Origin: Promethearchaeota archaeon | GTDB lineage: Archaea; Asgardarchaeota; Lokiarchaeia; Sigyniarchaeales; SOKP01 | Length of the DNA stretch: 29,586 nucleotides | Reading direction: 5' to 3' | Assembly: GCA_048938445.1 (NCBI GenBank) | Contig: JBHLME010000053.1 | Span: forward strand, 1-29,586 | In this document: in pieces, positions 17,276 to 26,016 of the stretch | Layout: every line of letters starts with the position of its first letter | Position numbering within the stretch: the first letter of the stretch is position 1 | Notes under the pieces: model-generated | Told to the model about the DNA's origin: nothing | Databases searched by the model: none | Seen by the model: the letters and a program-made list of their open reading frames with translations, nothing else | Program-made: the position numbers and the translations under genes

Positions 17276-18370
17276 TTAGACCATATAACCCTTTTTTTCT
17301 TCAAATTTATCAGGTTGCACGAATATCAAATTTTTTCCATCCAACTTTATATTTAGGTTTCTTTTATTAATAAATTCAAATACCATAAATTTAATTTCAT
17401 CTAAACTAAATTCTAAATCAGGGTCTTTATATTTAATGTACGAAATGGCATCGTCAACTAAAACGGAATAAGAAATTGAAGAGAACATATATAAAGCTTC
17501 ATTGATGTTGTTTTCTAAAATTGGTATAACATCAATTTTTTTCTTCGACGTAATGATTTTGTCTTGGAGCTCAATGATTTCCTTATCTTCCGGCTTGATT
17601 TCAATAGCTCGATTACATGAATCTAAAGCCTTTCCATATTCTTTTGATATGATGAAAACATTAGCTAATTCTTTCCAAAGATCAAATTCTTGAGAATTTA
17701 TTTCAATGAGTTTATCAAAAATAAGCAATAGATTGGAATAAGCGATATCAAAGAGCCAATCTCGTTCCAATGATTTCTTAATAGCCTCAATAGCCTTATC
17801 ATATAATTCTTGGCAAAAATATGCATAACCTAAATTATTCCAAGCAAGTTTATCATTTGGATTTAATTCCAAAGCTTTATTATAAGCACTTATAGCGAGC
17901 TCATATTCTTCTTTTTGTCTATAAGTCCTCCCAAGATCTATCCAATTTGCTACATTGAATGGATCTTTTTCCAGCGCTTTTTTAAAAAAATCAATTGCGG
18001 TATCATATTCCTTGTTATCAAGTAAAATATTAGTTATGTTTATCAATGCATTATCAAAACTTGAATCTTTATCCAATGATTTAATATATAACTCTTTAGC
18101 TTCTTCAATCTTACCTTGACATTCACGAGCCCATCCCATGTTATTCAATGCATACTTATTTTCAGGTTCTATTTCAAGAACACGTTTATATAATTCAATA
18201 CCTTTTTCATAATCCTTTAATTCAACATAAGAGATACCCATATTTATCATTGCATCAATATTCTCCGGTTCTGCATTGATTACACGTTTATATGCAACTA
18301 TAGCTTCTTCATAATGGCCTTCTCGAAAATGACGTTTGCCTTCTTCTATTATTTCTTTTATATCGGACAT
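17276..18370 (-). CDS. TPR-repeat protein with a C-terminal non-TPR domain
   Basis: About 7 TPRs (e.g. NWIDLGRTYRQKEEYELAISAYNKALELNP, AWNNLGYAY) followed by a distinct ~85-aa tail. Confidence 0.88.
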   Translation of the reverse strand: MSDIKEIIEEGKRHFREGHYEEAIVAYKRVINAEPENIDAMINMGISYVELKDYEKGIELYKRVLEIEPENKYALNNMGWARECQGKIEEAKELYIKSLDKDSSFDNALINITNILLDNKEYDTAIDFFKKALEKDPFNVANWIDLGRTYRQKEEYELAISAYNKALELNPNDKLAWNNLGYAYFCQELYDKAIEAIKKSLERDWLFDIAYSNLLLIFDKLIEINSQEFDLWKELANVFIISKEYGKALDSCNRAIEIKPEDKEIIELQDKIITSKKKIDVIPILENNINEALYMFSSISYSVLVDDAISYIKYKDPDLEFSLDEIKFMVFEFINKRNLNIKLDGKNLIFVQPDKFEEKKGYMV

Positions 18371-18568
18371 TTTTGATCTGAATAATATTTATCTCTAAAT
18401 TCTTTTTAATATCTCATATTAATTAAATTGAATTAAAACTAAATCTAATAATTTTCCTTTTATTTTTTTATTTCAATATTTAAATATTTAATTTACACTT
18501 TATATTGTTTAAAATTAAAAAATCTAGAAAATAATAGGAATTATAAATACAATTTTCAATTTACAAAA

Positions 18569-18730
18569 TTATTTACATTCTTTTTTATGATCTATATAAC
18601 AAGCTTCACAAAAATATTCATGACATTTTTTACAAACGTTTGAACAAATATCACATATCGTATTTCCACAATTCAAGCACGTATAAAGAATTTCATCAAC
18701 ATTTTCTCCACAATTTTCACATATTATCAT
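18569..18730 (-). CDS. 53-aa Cys-rich zinc-finger microprotein (absent from the ORF track)
   Basis: Translated by hand: MIICENCGENVDEILYTCLNCGNTICDICSNVCKKCHEYFCEACYIDHKKECK*. Five CxxC plus HxxxC; AGGA just upstream; same strand as both neighbours. Confidence 0.85.
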   Translation of the reverse strand: MIICENCGENVDEILYTCLNCGNTICDICSNVCKKCHEYFCEACYIDHKKECK

Positions 18731-18835
18731 TTATCCTACACTATTCCTATTGAATATAGTTGTTTTATTTCACCTTGATAATTAAAATAAGATTAAATAC
18801 AAATAAAAAAAAAGTAATTATTTACAGATTATTAT

Positions 18836-20017
18836 TTATTCTCTTTTACCCAAGATTGTTACCGAGCAAACACTAAAAGCTCCACCTAAATTATGTGCTA
18901 AACCGATTTTTGCATCGGGAACTTGTCTTCCCTCAGCTCTTCCTTGTAATTGTTTAGTTAATTCAGTTATCATTCGACATCCTGTGGCACCTATTGGATG
19001 ACCGAACGACTTTAATCCTCCTGAAGGATTAACGGCGGTTTCCCCATCCCAATTAAATGTACCATTTTTTAATTCTTCTGCTGCTTGCCCTCGATCGCAA
19101 AATTGTAAATCTTGGCAATTTAAAAGCTCTGTTATTGTAAAACAATCATGAACTTCAGCAAGATCTATTTGTTTTCGAGGATCTGTAATTTCTGCTTCTT
19201 TATATGCCATCTCACGAGCTTTTACTGTTGCTGGAAAATGTGTAAAGTCATAAGAGGGCCAATACCATGGAGCCATCGTATAAACCGAGATAGCATTAGA
19301 TTTAACTAAAATATAATCGTCAGAATGAGCATAACTTTCTGCTAATTCTGGGCGAGTGATTATTAAAGCTGCAGAACCATCACTCATAGCACAGCAGTCA
19401 AATCTTCCCAATGGATCAGCAATCATTGGTGCCCTCATTACTTGGTCAATAGTTACTGAACTTTTAAAATGCGCTTTTGGATGATGTAACCCGTTTTCAT
19501 GATTTTTTACAGCGACCCTTGCTAAATCCTCTTTTGTCCACCCGTATTCATGCATACTTCGTGTTGCTGCCATACAAAACATTGCTGGAGCAGAAGGTAA
19601 TGGATAAATTGGGTGTCCAAAAATTTTAAATCCTGGTAATCCACTTCCCCCTTCATCCATTAGTTTTTCCACACCACATGCTAAAGCAATGTCGTATGCA
19701 CCACTAGCTACTCCAAAACAAGCATTCCTAAATGCATCCATACCTGAAGCACAATAGTTCTCACACCTCGTTACTGGTTTTCCATCTAATCTTAATGCAT
19801 CTTCTACTAATGTTCCACTCAGTCCAGTAAAATAATAAAAGATTCCTATCCATGCTGCATCAATTTCGTCTTTAGTTATGCCTGCATCCTTAAATGCACC
19901 ATCTGTAGCTTCTACTAATAAATCATATTGACTTTTATCCCACCTTTCTCCAAATTTGCACATATCGGCTCCAATTATAGCAACTTTATCTTTAATTCCT
20001 ATTCTTGCCATTTTCAT
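18836..20017 (-). CDS. Thiolase, SCP2/archaeal type (acetyl-CoA C-acyltransferase family)
   Basis: ENYCASG (nucleophilic Cys), AVKNHENG, AEVHDCFT, NPSGGLKSFGHPIGATG and AHNLGG. Confidence 0.92.
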   Translation of the reverse strand: MKMARIGIKDKVAIIGADMCKFGERWDKSQYDLLVEATDGAFKDAGITKDEIDAAWIGIFYYFTGLSGTLVEDALRLDGKPVTRCENYCASGMDAFRNACFGVASGAYDIALACGVEKLMDEGGSGLPGFKIFGHPIYPLPSAPAMFCMAATRSMHEYGWTKEDLARVAVKNHENGLHHPKAHFKSSVTIDQVMRAPMIADPLGRFDCCAMSDGSAALIITRPELAESYAHSDDYILVKSNAISVYTMAPWYWPSYDFTHFPATVKAREMAYKEAEITDPRKQIDLAEVHDCFTITELLNCQDLQFCDRGQAAEELKNGTFNWDGETAVNPSGGLKSFGHPIGATGCRMITELTKQLQGRAEGRQVPDAKIGLAHNLGGAFSVCSVTILGKRE

Positions 20018-20019
20018 TA

Positions 20020-20026
20020 ACCTCCT
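20020..20026 (-). promoter_or_regulatory. Shine-Dalgarno (AGGAGGT) for the thiolase
   Basis: Strong SD in the 9-nt gap between the fusion gene stop and the thiolase ATG, consistent with an operon. Confidence 0.65.
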
Positions 20027-21484
20027 TCAATTTCTTCCCCTTTCTGGTCGGCATTTCCAATAATAATTAATAAATTCTGCACCTTCATGTATCCTTCTAA
20101 AGGTCAATTCAACCCGCATCCCGATCTTAACATCTTTTTCTGGATTTTTTATTTCTGTCATGTCGAGTAAAATCCTTCCTCCCCCATCTAAATCTATGAC
20201 GCATCGTGGAACAGGAGTATCATAATAATTACCACCAATTAAATGATCAAGAGTGTAAGTAAAAACAGTTCCCTTTAATTTAAGCTTGATTTTTTCAAAT
20301 TTATTTGTAGTACGGCATTCATAACATGAAGTAAGCATTCTTGGATATTGGACTAATCCACAAATTTTGCACTTATTTCCATACATCTGATATATGGAAT
20401 CCGTTTCTCTCCAAACTATAACAGCTGAACTCTTTCGGGTATAACGATCTTTTTCAAGCAATTTTTTATTATTAATAAAAACGTTGTAGTTATCTAATAT
20501 TTCCATGTTTTTTTGATAACCAAGTGCAACATGAGACTTACTAAGTTCTCTAACCATCTTTTTGTCTTTGACTTGCATCAAAATTGCATCTGCACCATCC
20601 CCATAGCCTGCTAATATCACTTTAGCATTTGGTTTAGGTCTTTTTAAGGCAGATATTAACAACATCAAAGGCATTGGTGTACCAAGATCTCCTATCTGAA
20701 AAAATAATCCATTTTGAGCGACACCTTGAGGAAATTTTAAAGATTTAGCAACTCGAGCATGTAATCTAGGATTATTATAATAGAATGCAGCATGCCCTAT
20801 ATCTTCTGGATTTAAATTATTACGATTTAAGATTTCTATAATGACCTTCTTAATGGAGTTAACATAAAATTGAGCATCAGTTTTAGGCTCAAATGTTCTA
20901 ATAAATTTATCTTTTTCAGTTCTCTTCCAAGGACCAGTAATATTTGCAGAAATTGAATAATAATCATCAACAGAAATTGGTAATATTTCTTCTTCAACTA
21001 TCAGAACTGCTGCTGCTCCATCTGCAAAGCCATATTCCCACATTGTAGATGGTTCCGGAGTTCTCATATCTGCAGCAATGACCAATATTGATTTTACATC
21101 TACATTGGCTTTAATTGTATCTATAGCACGTGTAATTGCTGTAGTACCCGCCTTTAAAGAATCCGTGAAATCAATTGTAATAATATCTTCTCTTAAGTCC
21201 AATACTGTAGCAATCAATGAAGCAGAATCTTTTTCAGTATATACTTGAGTCGTGGTTGCAAAAAATAATCCATCAATAGTTTTTGGATCAATACCAGTTA
21301 AGCAATCTAATCCAGCTTCAACGGCCATCGTAATTGTATCTTCGTCTATGCTTGCTACTGCTTTACTACCTGGGATAATTGGAAAATCCCATGCTTTACC
21401 AATTAAATCTCTAGATAGTAAATTCTTGGGTAAATATGCTCCATAAGCTTTTATACCAATCATTAAATTTTCAACTTGAGACAA
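20027..21484 (-). CDS. HMG-CoA-synthase-like (catalytic residues absent) domain fused to a Zn-ribbon/OB-fold DUF35 domain
   Basis: GIKAYGAYLP, DEDTITMAVEA, ADGAAA, GDLG and GYGDGADA of the HMGS/FabH fold. C-terminal CKICGLVQYP..CYEC, GTVFTYTLD, VKIGMRVELTFRRIH and YYWKCRP of DUF35. Likely start ATG 21463. Confidence 0.88.
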   Translation of the reverse strand: MSQVENLMIGIKAYGAYLPKNLLSRDLIGKAWDFPIIPGSKAVASIDEDTITMAVEAGLDCLTGIDPKTIDGLFFATTTQVYTEKDSASLIATVLDLREDIITIDFTDSLKAGTTAITRAIDTIKANVDVKSILVIAADMRTPEPSTMWEYGFADGAAAVLIVEEEILPISVDDYYSISANITGPWKRTEKDKFIRTFEPKTDAQFYVNSIKKVIIEILNRNNLNPEDIGHAAFYYNNPRLHARVAKSLKFPQGVAQNGLFFQIGDLGTPMPLMLLISALKRPKPNAKVILAGYGDGADAILMQVKDKKMVRELSKSHVALGYQKNMEILDNYNVFINNKKLLEKDRYTRKSSAVIVWRETDSIYQMYGNKCKICGLVQYPRMLTSCYECRTTNKFEKIKLKLKGTVFTYTLDHLIGGNYYDTPVPRCVIDLDGGGRILLDMTEIKNPEKDVKIGMRVELTFRRIHEGAEFINYYWKCRPERGRN

Positions 21485-21602
21485 TATTTTTATTATCTAT
21501 TATAAAAATAATTAGATTAATACAAGATATGAAACTTTTTAATTATTTACCAAAATTATAAAATACGAATTTCAAGTTGTTAGTATAGATTTTAAAAAAA
21601 GA

Positions 21603-22097
21603 TTATTTCTTTTCATTTTCGAACTTTTTCTCTAAAACTATGAAAATTGGTTTAAAACCCATATTCTTGCTCATTATATGGATTAACTTTTTAATCGATG
21701 CAATATCATATCCTAAATTAATTCTTATTGAATAACATCCCCATGATTTTAGAATATTAGTTGCTTTTTCTGCTAAAATTTTTCCTACACCTCTACCTAT
21801 GTAATCTGGTTTAGTTGCCCAATTTTCTAAATATCCAATATATCGCCCAATGGAGTCTTTTTTTGCTTCAATGACACCCATTCCAACAACTTCACCACTA
21901 TTTTTATCTTCGGCAATTAATGTGATTCGCTTGAGATTTGGTTTAAATTGTCGCAATCCTGAAGATTCTCTCCATATATCTTCACTTAATCCAATATCAT
22001 ATTTGGTTTGCAAGTGTTTTAATATCTCTAAAGTTTCTTCAAAATCAGATGTCCGATAGTTCCTAACAATAATTTCATTTTCTATTTGTTCTGACAT
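21603..22097 (-). CDS. GNAT-family N-acetyltransferase
   Basis: IIVRNYRTSDF start, IAEDKNSGEVVGMG, acetyl-CoA motif A TKPDYIGRGVGKIL, and MGFK. Confidence 0.85.
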   Translation of the reverse strand: MSEQIENEIIVRNYRTSDFEETLEILKHLQTKYDIGLSEDIWRESSGLRQFKPNLKRITLIAEDKNSGEVVGMGVIEAKKDSIGRYIGYLENWATKPDYIGRGVGKILAEKATNILKSWGCYSIRINLGYDIASIKKLIHIMSKNMGFKPIFIVLEKKFENEKK

Positions 22098-22135
22098 ACC
22101 TTTTCACTTTTAATTTATCCTTTTATTAAAATACC

Positions 22136-23173
22136 TTAACTTTTAATTTTATTTAATTTGGTTATATCAATTTTTCTTGTCAATAGTTTTTCATTTGTTT
22201 TTTTATCAATTACAAACAATAAGTATTCTTTAATTTGAGGAAGTATGGGAAATACGAATAATATTTCTTCTTCAGGAAACCAATAATCTACTTCTTGATT
22301 TAGGATTTCTTTCTCAAAAAATTCCTCAACGTGATTAATTCTAGTTATGATATCTGTTCGCTCATCTTTACTATTGCTTCGTAGTAAAATTTCTATTTCA
22401 TTACTATCTTCAATATTATTAATGCTTAAGATTGAAAATGCCGATTTAATAGATAATTCATCACTCTTTTTTGTAGCATCAAAAAGTTTGATATTCGAAA
22501 ATTCACTTTTACCATTGATAGGTTCTATATGGGATATGTCATATCCTTTTAAGGTTAAAAAGGAAATTGCTTTTTGTTTCTTTATTGACAAGTGATCATA
22601 TTGTTTTATAGCATCATTAAAATAAGACTTTACATGATCGCAGATAAAGTCATTTAATTCTTTTTTAAATTTTAGACCATTTTCTATTTTTTCCTTAATT
22701 TTTGGACTTTTAATGATCTCATCTTTCACGTCAAAATATTCAATAATCTCGTATAATTTCTCTTCAAATTTTGATTTTAAATTATCAGTCATTATTCTAA
22801 TTAATTCGTCTCCAAATATTACTAAGTCATTTGGTAAAGACACGATAATAACTATAGTTTCTGGAGTTTCTTCTTCTAAACCTGCTCTTTTCTTTTTTCT
22901 TTTAGATATAGTTTGAATTTTTTTTCCAAAAAAAGTATATCCTTTATATTCTACATCTACATGAGCTAAAGAATCTTGTCCTTTTATGTCAAAAAACCAG
23001 ATAGGATGAAATTTTATTGGTCTCATAAACTTTTTATTATCTTTATATTTTTCAGTAGGAAATATTAATAATGGTTGATGGCCTTTTGCCTCATCAAAAT
23101 ATAATACATAGACATAACATAATTCTTCTAAACCATTATTACTTTTTGAAGAGTCTTTTAATAAATCAGCCAT
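22136..23173 (-). CDS. Hypothetical protein with a uDENN/longin-like N-terminal domain and a beta-rich C-terminal domain
   Basis: 345-aa ORF. YVYVLYFDEAKGHQPLLIFP resembles the uDENN/longin beta1-beta2 hairpin, and YTFFGKK...KRAG...ETIVIIVSLP resembles its beta4-beta5. Confidence 0.55.
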   Translation of the reverse strand: MADLLKDSSKSNNGLEELCYVYVLYFDEAKGHQPLLIFPTEKYKDNKKFMRPIKFHPIWFFDIKGQDSLAHVDVEYKGYTFFGKKIQTISKRKKKRAGLEEETPETIVIIVSLPNDLVIFGDELIRIMTDNLKSKFEEKLYEIIEYFDVKDEIIKSPKIKEKIENGLKFKKELNDFICDHVKSYFNDAIKQYDHLSIKKQKAISFLTLKGYDISHIEPINGKSEFSNIKLFDATKKSDELSIKSAFSILSINNIEDSNEIEILLRSNSKDERTDIITRINHVEEFFEKEILNQEVDYWFPEEEILFVFPILPQIKEYLLFVIDKKTNEKLLTRKIDITKLNKIKS

Positions 23174-23538
23174 TTTCTGAAAAAGAGAAATTCTAATTTA
23201 TACGATAGTAAAATAAAAGATTCAATATACTAAAATTTTAGCAAAATTTTAATATTCAAAAGTGTAATAATTTAATATTCCTTAGACTTCTGAATTTAAT
23301 AAAATAGATATATATTAACATATTGAATCTTATTATAATCATTTTTTTTAATGTAATTTAACCATTTATTAAGTTTTTTTAGAAGATTTTTGTTTCAAGC
23401 GATCTTTTTATGTTTATTGGAAAACCCATTCATTCTCTCTTTAATTAATACCTCATTTTCTTCCATTTAAGACTCATTGGATAAAACATAAAGATTTCCC
23501 TTGAGATAACTATGTATTTGATAATTAAATAATTATTT

Positions 23539-24492
23539 ATGACTTCTACTCCTAAATTTCATAATATGGCTAATGCTACCTATATATTTCTAATATCTCT
23601 TTCTATAATATTTTTAGGATTTTTGATAAAAAAAATAAATATTTTATCTGAAGATAACGGTAAGATAATTGTAAAATTAATATTTAACATAACCTTACCT
23701 GCCTTAATCTTAAACACCTTAAGTTCAATTAAATTGGATCTTAGCTTCATATTATTGCCAATTATCCCTTTATTATTCAGTTTTGGGGTTCTTTTATTTT
23801 GCTTTTTAATTTTCAAAAATTATAATAAAGAAACAAAAAGTCTAATTTTAATAACGGTCATAGGTTTTAATATTGGTAATTTTGCATATCCATTAATTGA
23901 GGGGATATGGGGGGAAGAGGGATTACAATACCTTGTATTGTTTGATGTAGGGAATGCTTTTGTTATATTTGGAATAATTAGCTTTCTCGCTTCTTATTAT
24001 TCTAAAACCAATGAAAATGATATTAACAAAATTAATTTAAAGAACCATATTTTACGTTTGTTCAAATCACCCCCCATGATTGCTGTAATTGGGGCTTTAA
24101 TTATTAATTTAAGTGGATTAATCATCCCTATTTTCTTAATTGATTTTCTTAATATTTTATCAAGAGCTAATATGGCATTGACATTGCTTAGTTTGGGTAT
24201 TTATTTAAATTTTAAATTTGAAAAATCTGAATGGAAAAATATTGCTAAAATATTCATTATACGCTATTGTTTTGGTTTTATTATTGGATTCGTTTTATTC
24301 TTGATTTTACCTTTTTCTCTTCTTTATCGCACGATTGTTTTTATCAGTTTAATTCTTCCAATGGCAATGGGAACGCTTTTATTTGCAGTAGAGTTTGAAC
24401 ATAATGAAAGAATAGCGGGAATTGTAGGAAATATAACATTAATTATAAGTTTTATATTCATGTGGATTTTAGTTTTAATAATTAATGCTTAA
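23539..24492 (+). CDS. AEC (auxin efflux carrier/PIN-like) family transporter
   Basis: About 10 TMs; LIFNITLPALI, FNIGNFAYPLI..IWGEEG, FKSPPMIA, LLSLGIYL and LPMAMGTLLFA. May start at the second Met (23566). Confidence 0.88.
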   Translation: MTSTPKFHNMANATYIFLISLSIIFLGFLIKKINILSEDNGKIIVKLIFNITLPALILNTLSSIKLDLSFILLPIIPLLFSFGVLLFCFLIFKNYNKETKSLILITVIGFNIGNFAYPLIEGIWGEEGLQYLVLFDVGNAFVIFGIISFLASYYSKTNENDINKINLKNHILRLFKSPPMIAVIGALIINLSGLIIPIFLIDFLNILSRANMALTLLSLGIYLNFKFEKSEWKNIAKIFIIRYCFGFIIGFVLFLILPFSLLYRTIVFISLILPMAMGTLLFAVEFEHNERIAGIVGNITLIISFIFMWILVLIINA

Positions 24493-24540
24493 CAATCTTA
24501 TTTCTTATTACAAAATTCAAATAATTTTATGATAAATTAA

Positions 24541-25680
24541 TTATGGAGGCAATAATTTAATTTTTTTAGCTGGTCTGAATTTATTTAAGAAATTATGAAA
24601 CACCATTTTAATCCCATTTTTAAGCATATTCTTCTTCATATAAGCTAAAAGTTCGTCATTATTCGTCAAGTTATATATCCCTTTTCCAGTATTTTTATTG
24701 GTTTGCTTGACATACTTGTTCATGTATTTCGAGTATAATTTAAAAGCATCTTTATTTTTTCTCTCAGCTTTAACTATTGCTTTAGCTGCTAATCGTCCGC
24801 TGAGTGCTGCAACATCCATTCCTACACCTCTATATGGATCAACTAATCCAGCAGCATCACCCACATAAAAGATTCTTCCTCCTCCTAAATGAACTCTTCG
24901 ATTACCCATATTTATGTTACTCGAAAATCCTTCTTTTTTAACGATTTGTCCTTTAAGATTATATTTCTGCTTTACGAAATTAAAAAAATTTTGACCTATT
25001 TTTGAAATACCTTTATCATATCCCGTTCCAATTACCCAAAGATTATTTTTTTTGTATATCCATGCAAACATCATGTTATTATAATCCAAGTTCCAATATT
25101 GATAAAGGCATTGAGGATCGAGGTTTGATTTACCATCAAAATAATAATTTATAGTTGCACCTGAAGATCTATTTTCGAAGTCTTGAGGTCTTTCCTTCAA
25201 TCTAACTTTAGGCATTAATCCAGTTGCATCAATTAAATATTTGGTTTTATATTTAATATGATTTTTTTCTTTATCTTCAACGGTTACAATAATGTTTTTA
25301 TCATTTGATTCCCAGTCAATGAGAGAGCATTCATCATTAAATTTTGCACCATTTTCTATAGCAATATTATTAAGCCAATCATCAAAAGTATCCCTCATGA
25401 AATTGTACATTTTAAAAGGTGTTTTAAATGCTTTTCCATTTGGTAAAATAATTGATACTTTTGTAATTTCATTTGAGCATAATTTATCTCGTGGGATTTC
25501 TTCACCAAGAATCTTAGGTAAATACCCAAATTGAATTCCTGAACAAGATTTCATTCTAGGTGTTTTATATCTTTCTATAAATAATGTTTTCAATCCCTCT
25601 TTAGCAGCAAATTTAGCCGCAACAGAACCTGCGAATCCTCCACCAGCAATAAATACATCATATTCTTCCATAATAAACAC
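24541..25680 (-). CDS. Geranylgeranyl reductase-family FAD oxidoreductase
   Basis: YDVFIAGGGFAGS, PRMKSCSG (cf. PRxKPCGG), R..FDDWL, IDATG, FAWIY and VGDAAGLVDPYRGVGM. Likely start ATG 25671. Confidence 0.8.
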   Translation of the reverse strand: MFIMEEYDVFIAGGGFAGSVAAKFAAKEGLKTLFIERYKTPRMKSCSGIQFGYLPKILGEEIPRDKLCSNEITKVSIILPNGKAFKTPFKMYNFMRDTFDDWLNNIAIENGAKFNDECSLIDWESNDKNIIVTVEDKEKNHIKYKTKYLIDATGLMPKVRLKERPQDFENRSSGATINYYFDGKSNLDPQCLYQYWNLDYNNMMFAWIYKKNNLWVIGTGYDKGISKIGQNFFNFVKQKYNLKGQIVKKEGFSSNINMGNRRVHLGGGRIFYVGDAAGLVDPYRGVGMDVAALSGRLAAKAIVKAERKNKDAFKLYSKYMNKYVKQTNKNTGKGIYNLTNNDELLAYMKKNMLKNGIKMVFHNFLNKFRPAKKIKLLPP

Positions 25681-25785
25681 CCAATTATTTAGAAAATATA
25701 TTATAATAAATAAATAGCCCTCATTTATATATCTCAGTTTTTCTTTTTAATACATATAATCATAAAAAATTAAAGTATTAGGAGA

Positions 25786-26016
25786 ATGAAACCTCCTATT
25801 TGCTGTATTTGTAATGAAAGATTTGTAATGGAAAATGGAGGATTAGTTTATTTTAAACTTAGAACATCCGATATTGAATGGAAAAAAAAAATGAAAAAAG
25901 ACGATATGGTCGGACATCCTCCATATGCAGAATGGTTTTGTGAAAAATATTATAAAAAAGCAAAAGATTTAAACCATCTAACAATTTCTGAAGCATTAAA
26001 ATCCTTTAAGTTGTAG
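25786..26016 (+). CDS. Small hypothetical protein with Cys motifs
   Basis: MKPPICCIC...GGLVYF...GHPPYAEWFC; AGGAG upstream; its 3' end overlaps the hdrA-like stop region by 11 nt. Confidence 0.65.
   Translation: MKPPICCICNERFVMENGGLVYFKLRTSDIEWKKKMKKDDMVGHPPYAEWFCEKYYKKAKDLNHLTISEALKSFKL

Noticed and set aside
23296-23466. Minus-strand mini-ORF MEENEVLIKERMNGFSNKHKKIA-TGA that stays open ~30 codons past the TGA
   Set aside because: No redox-motif context, SECIS-like structure or recognisable homology; expected by chance in AT-rich DNA.
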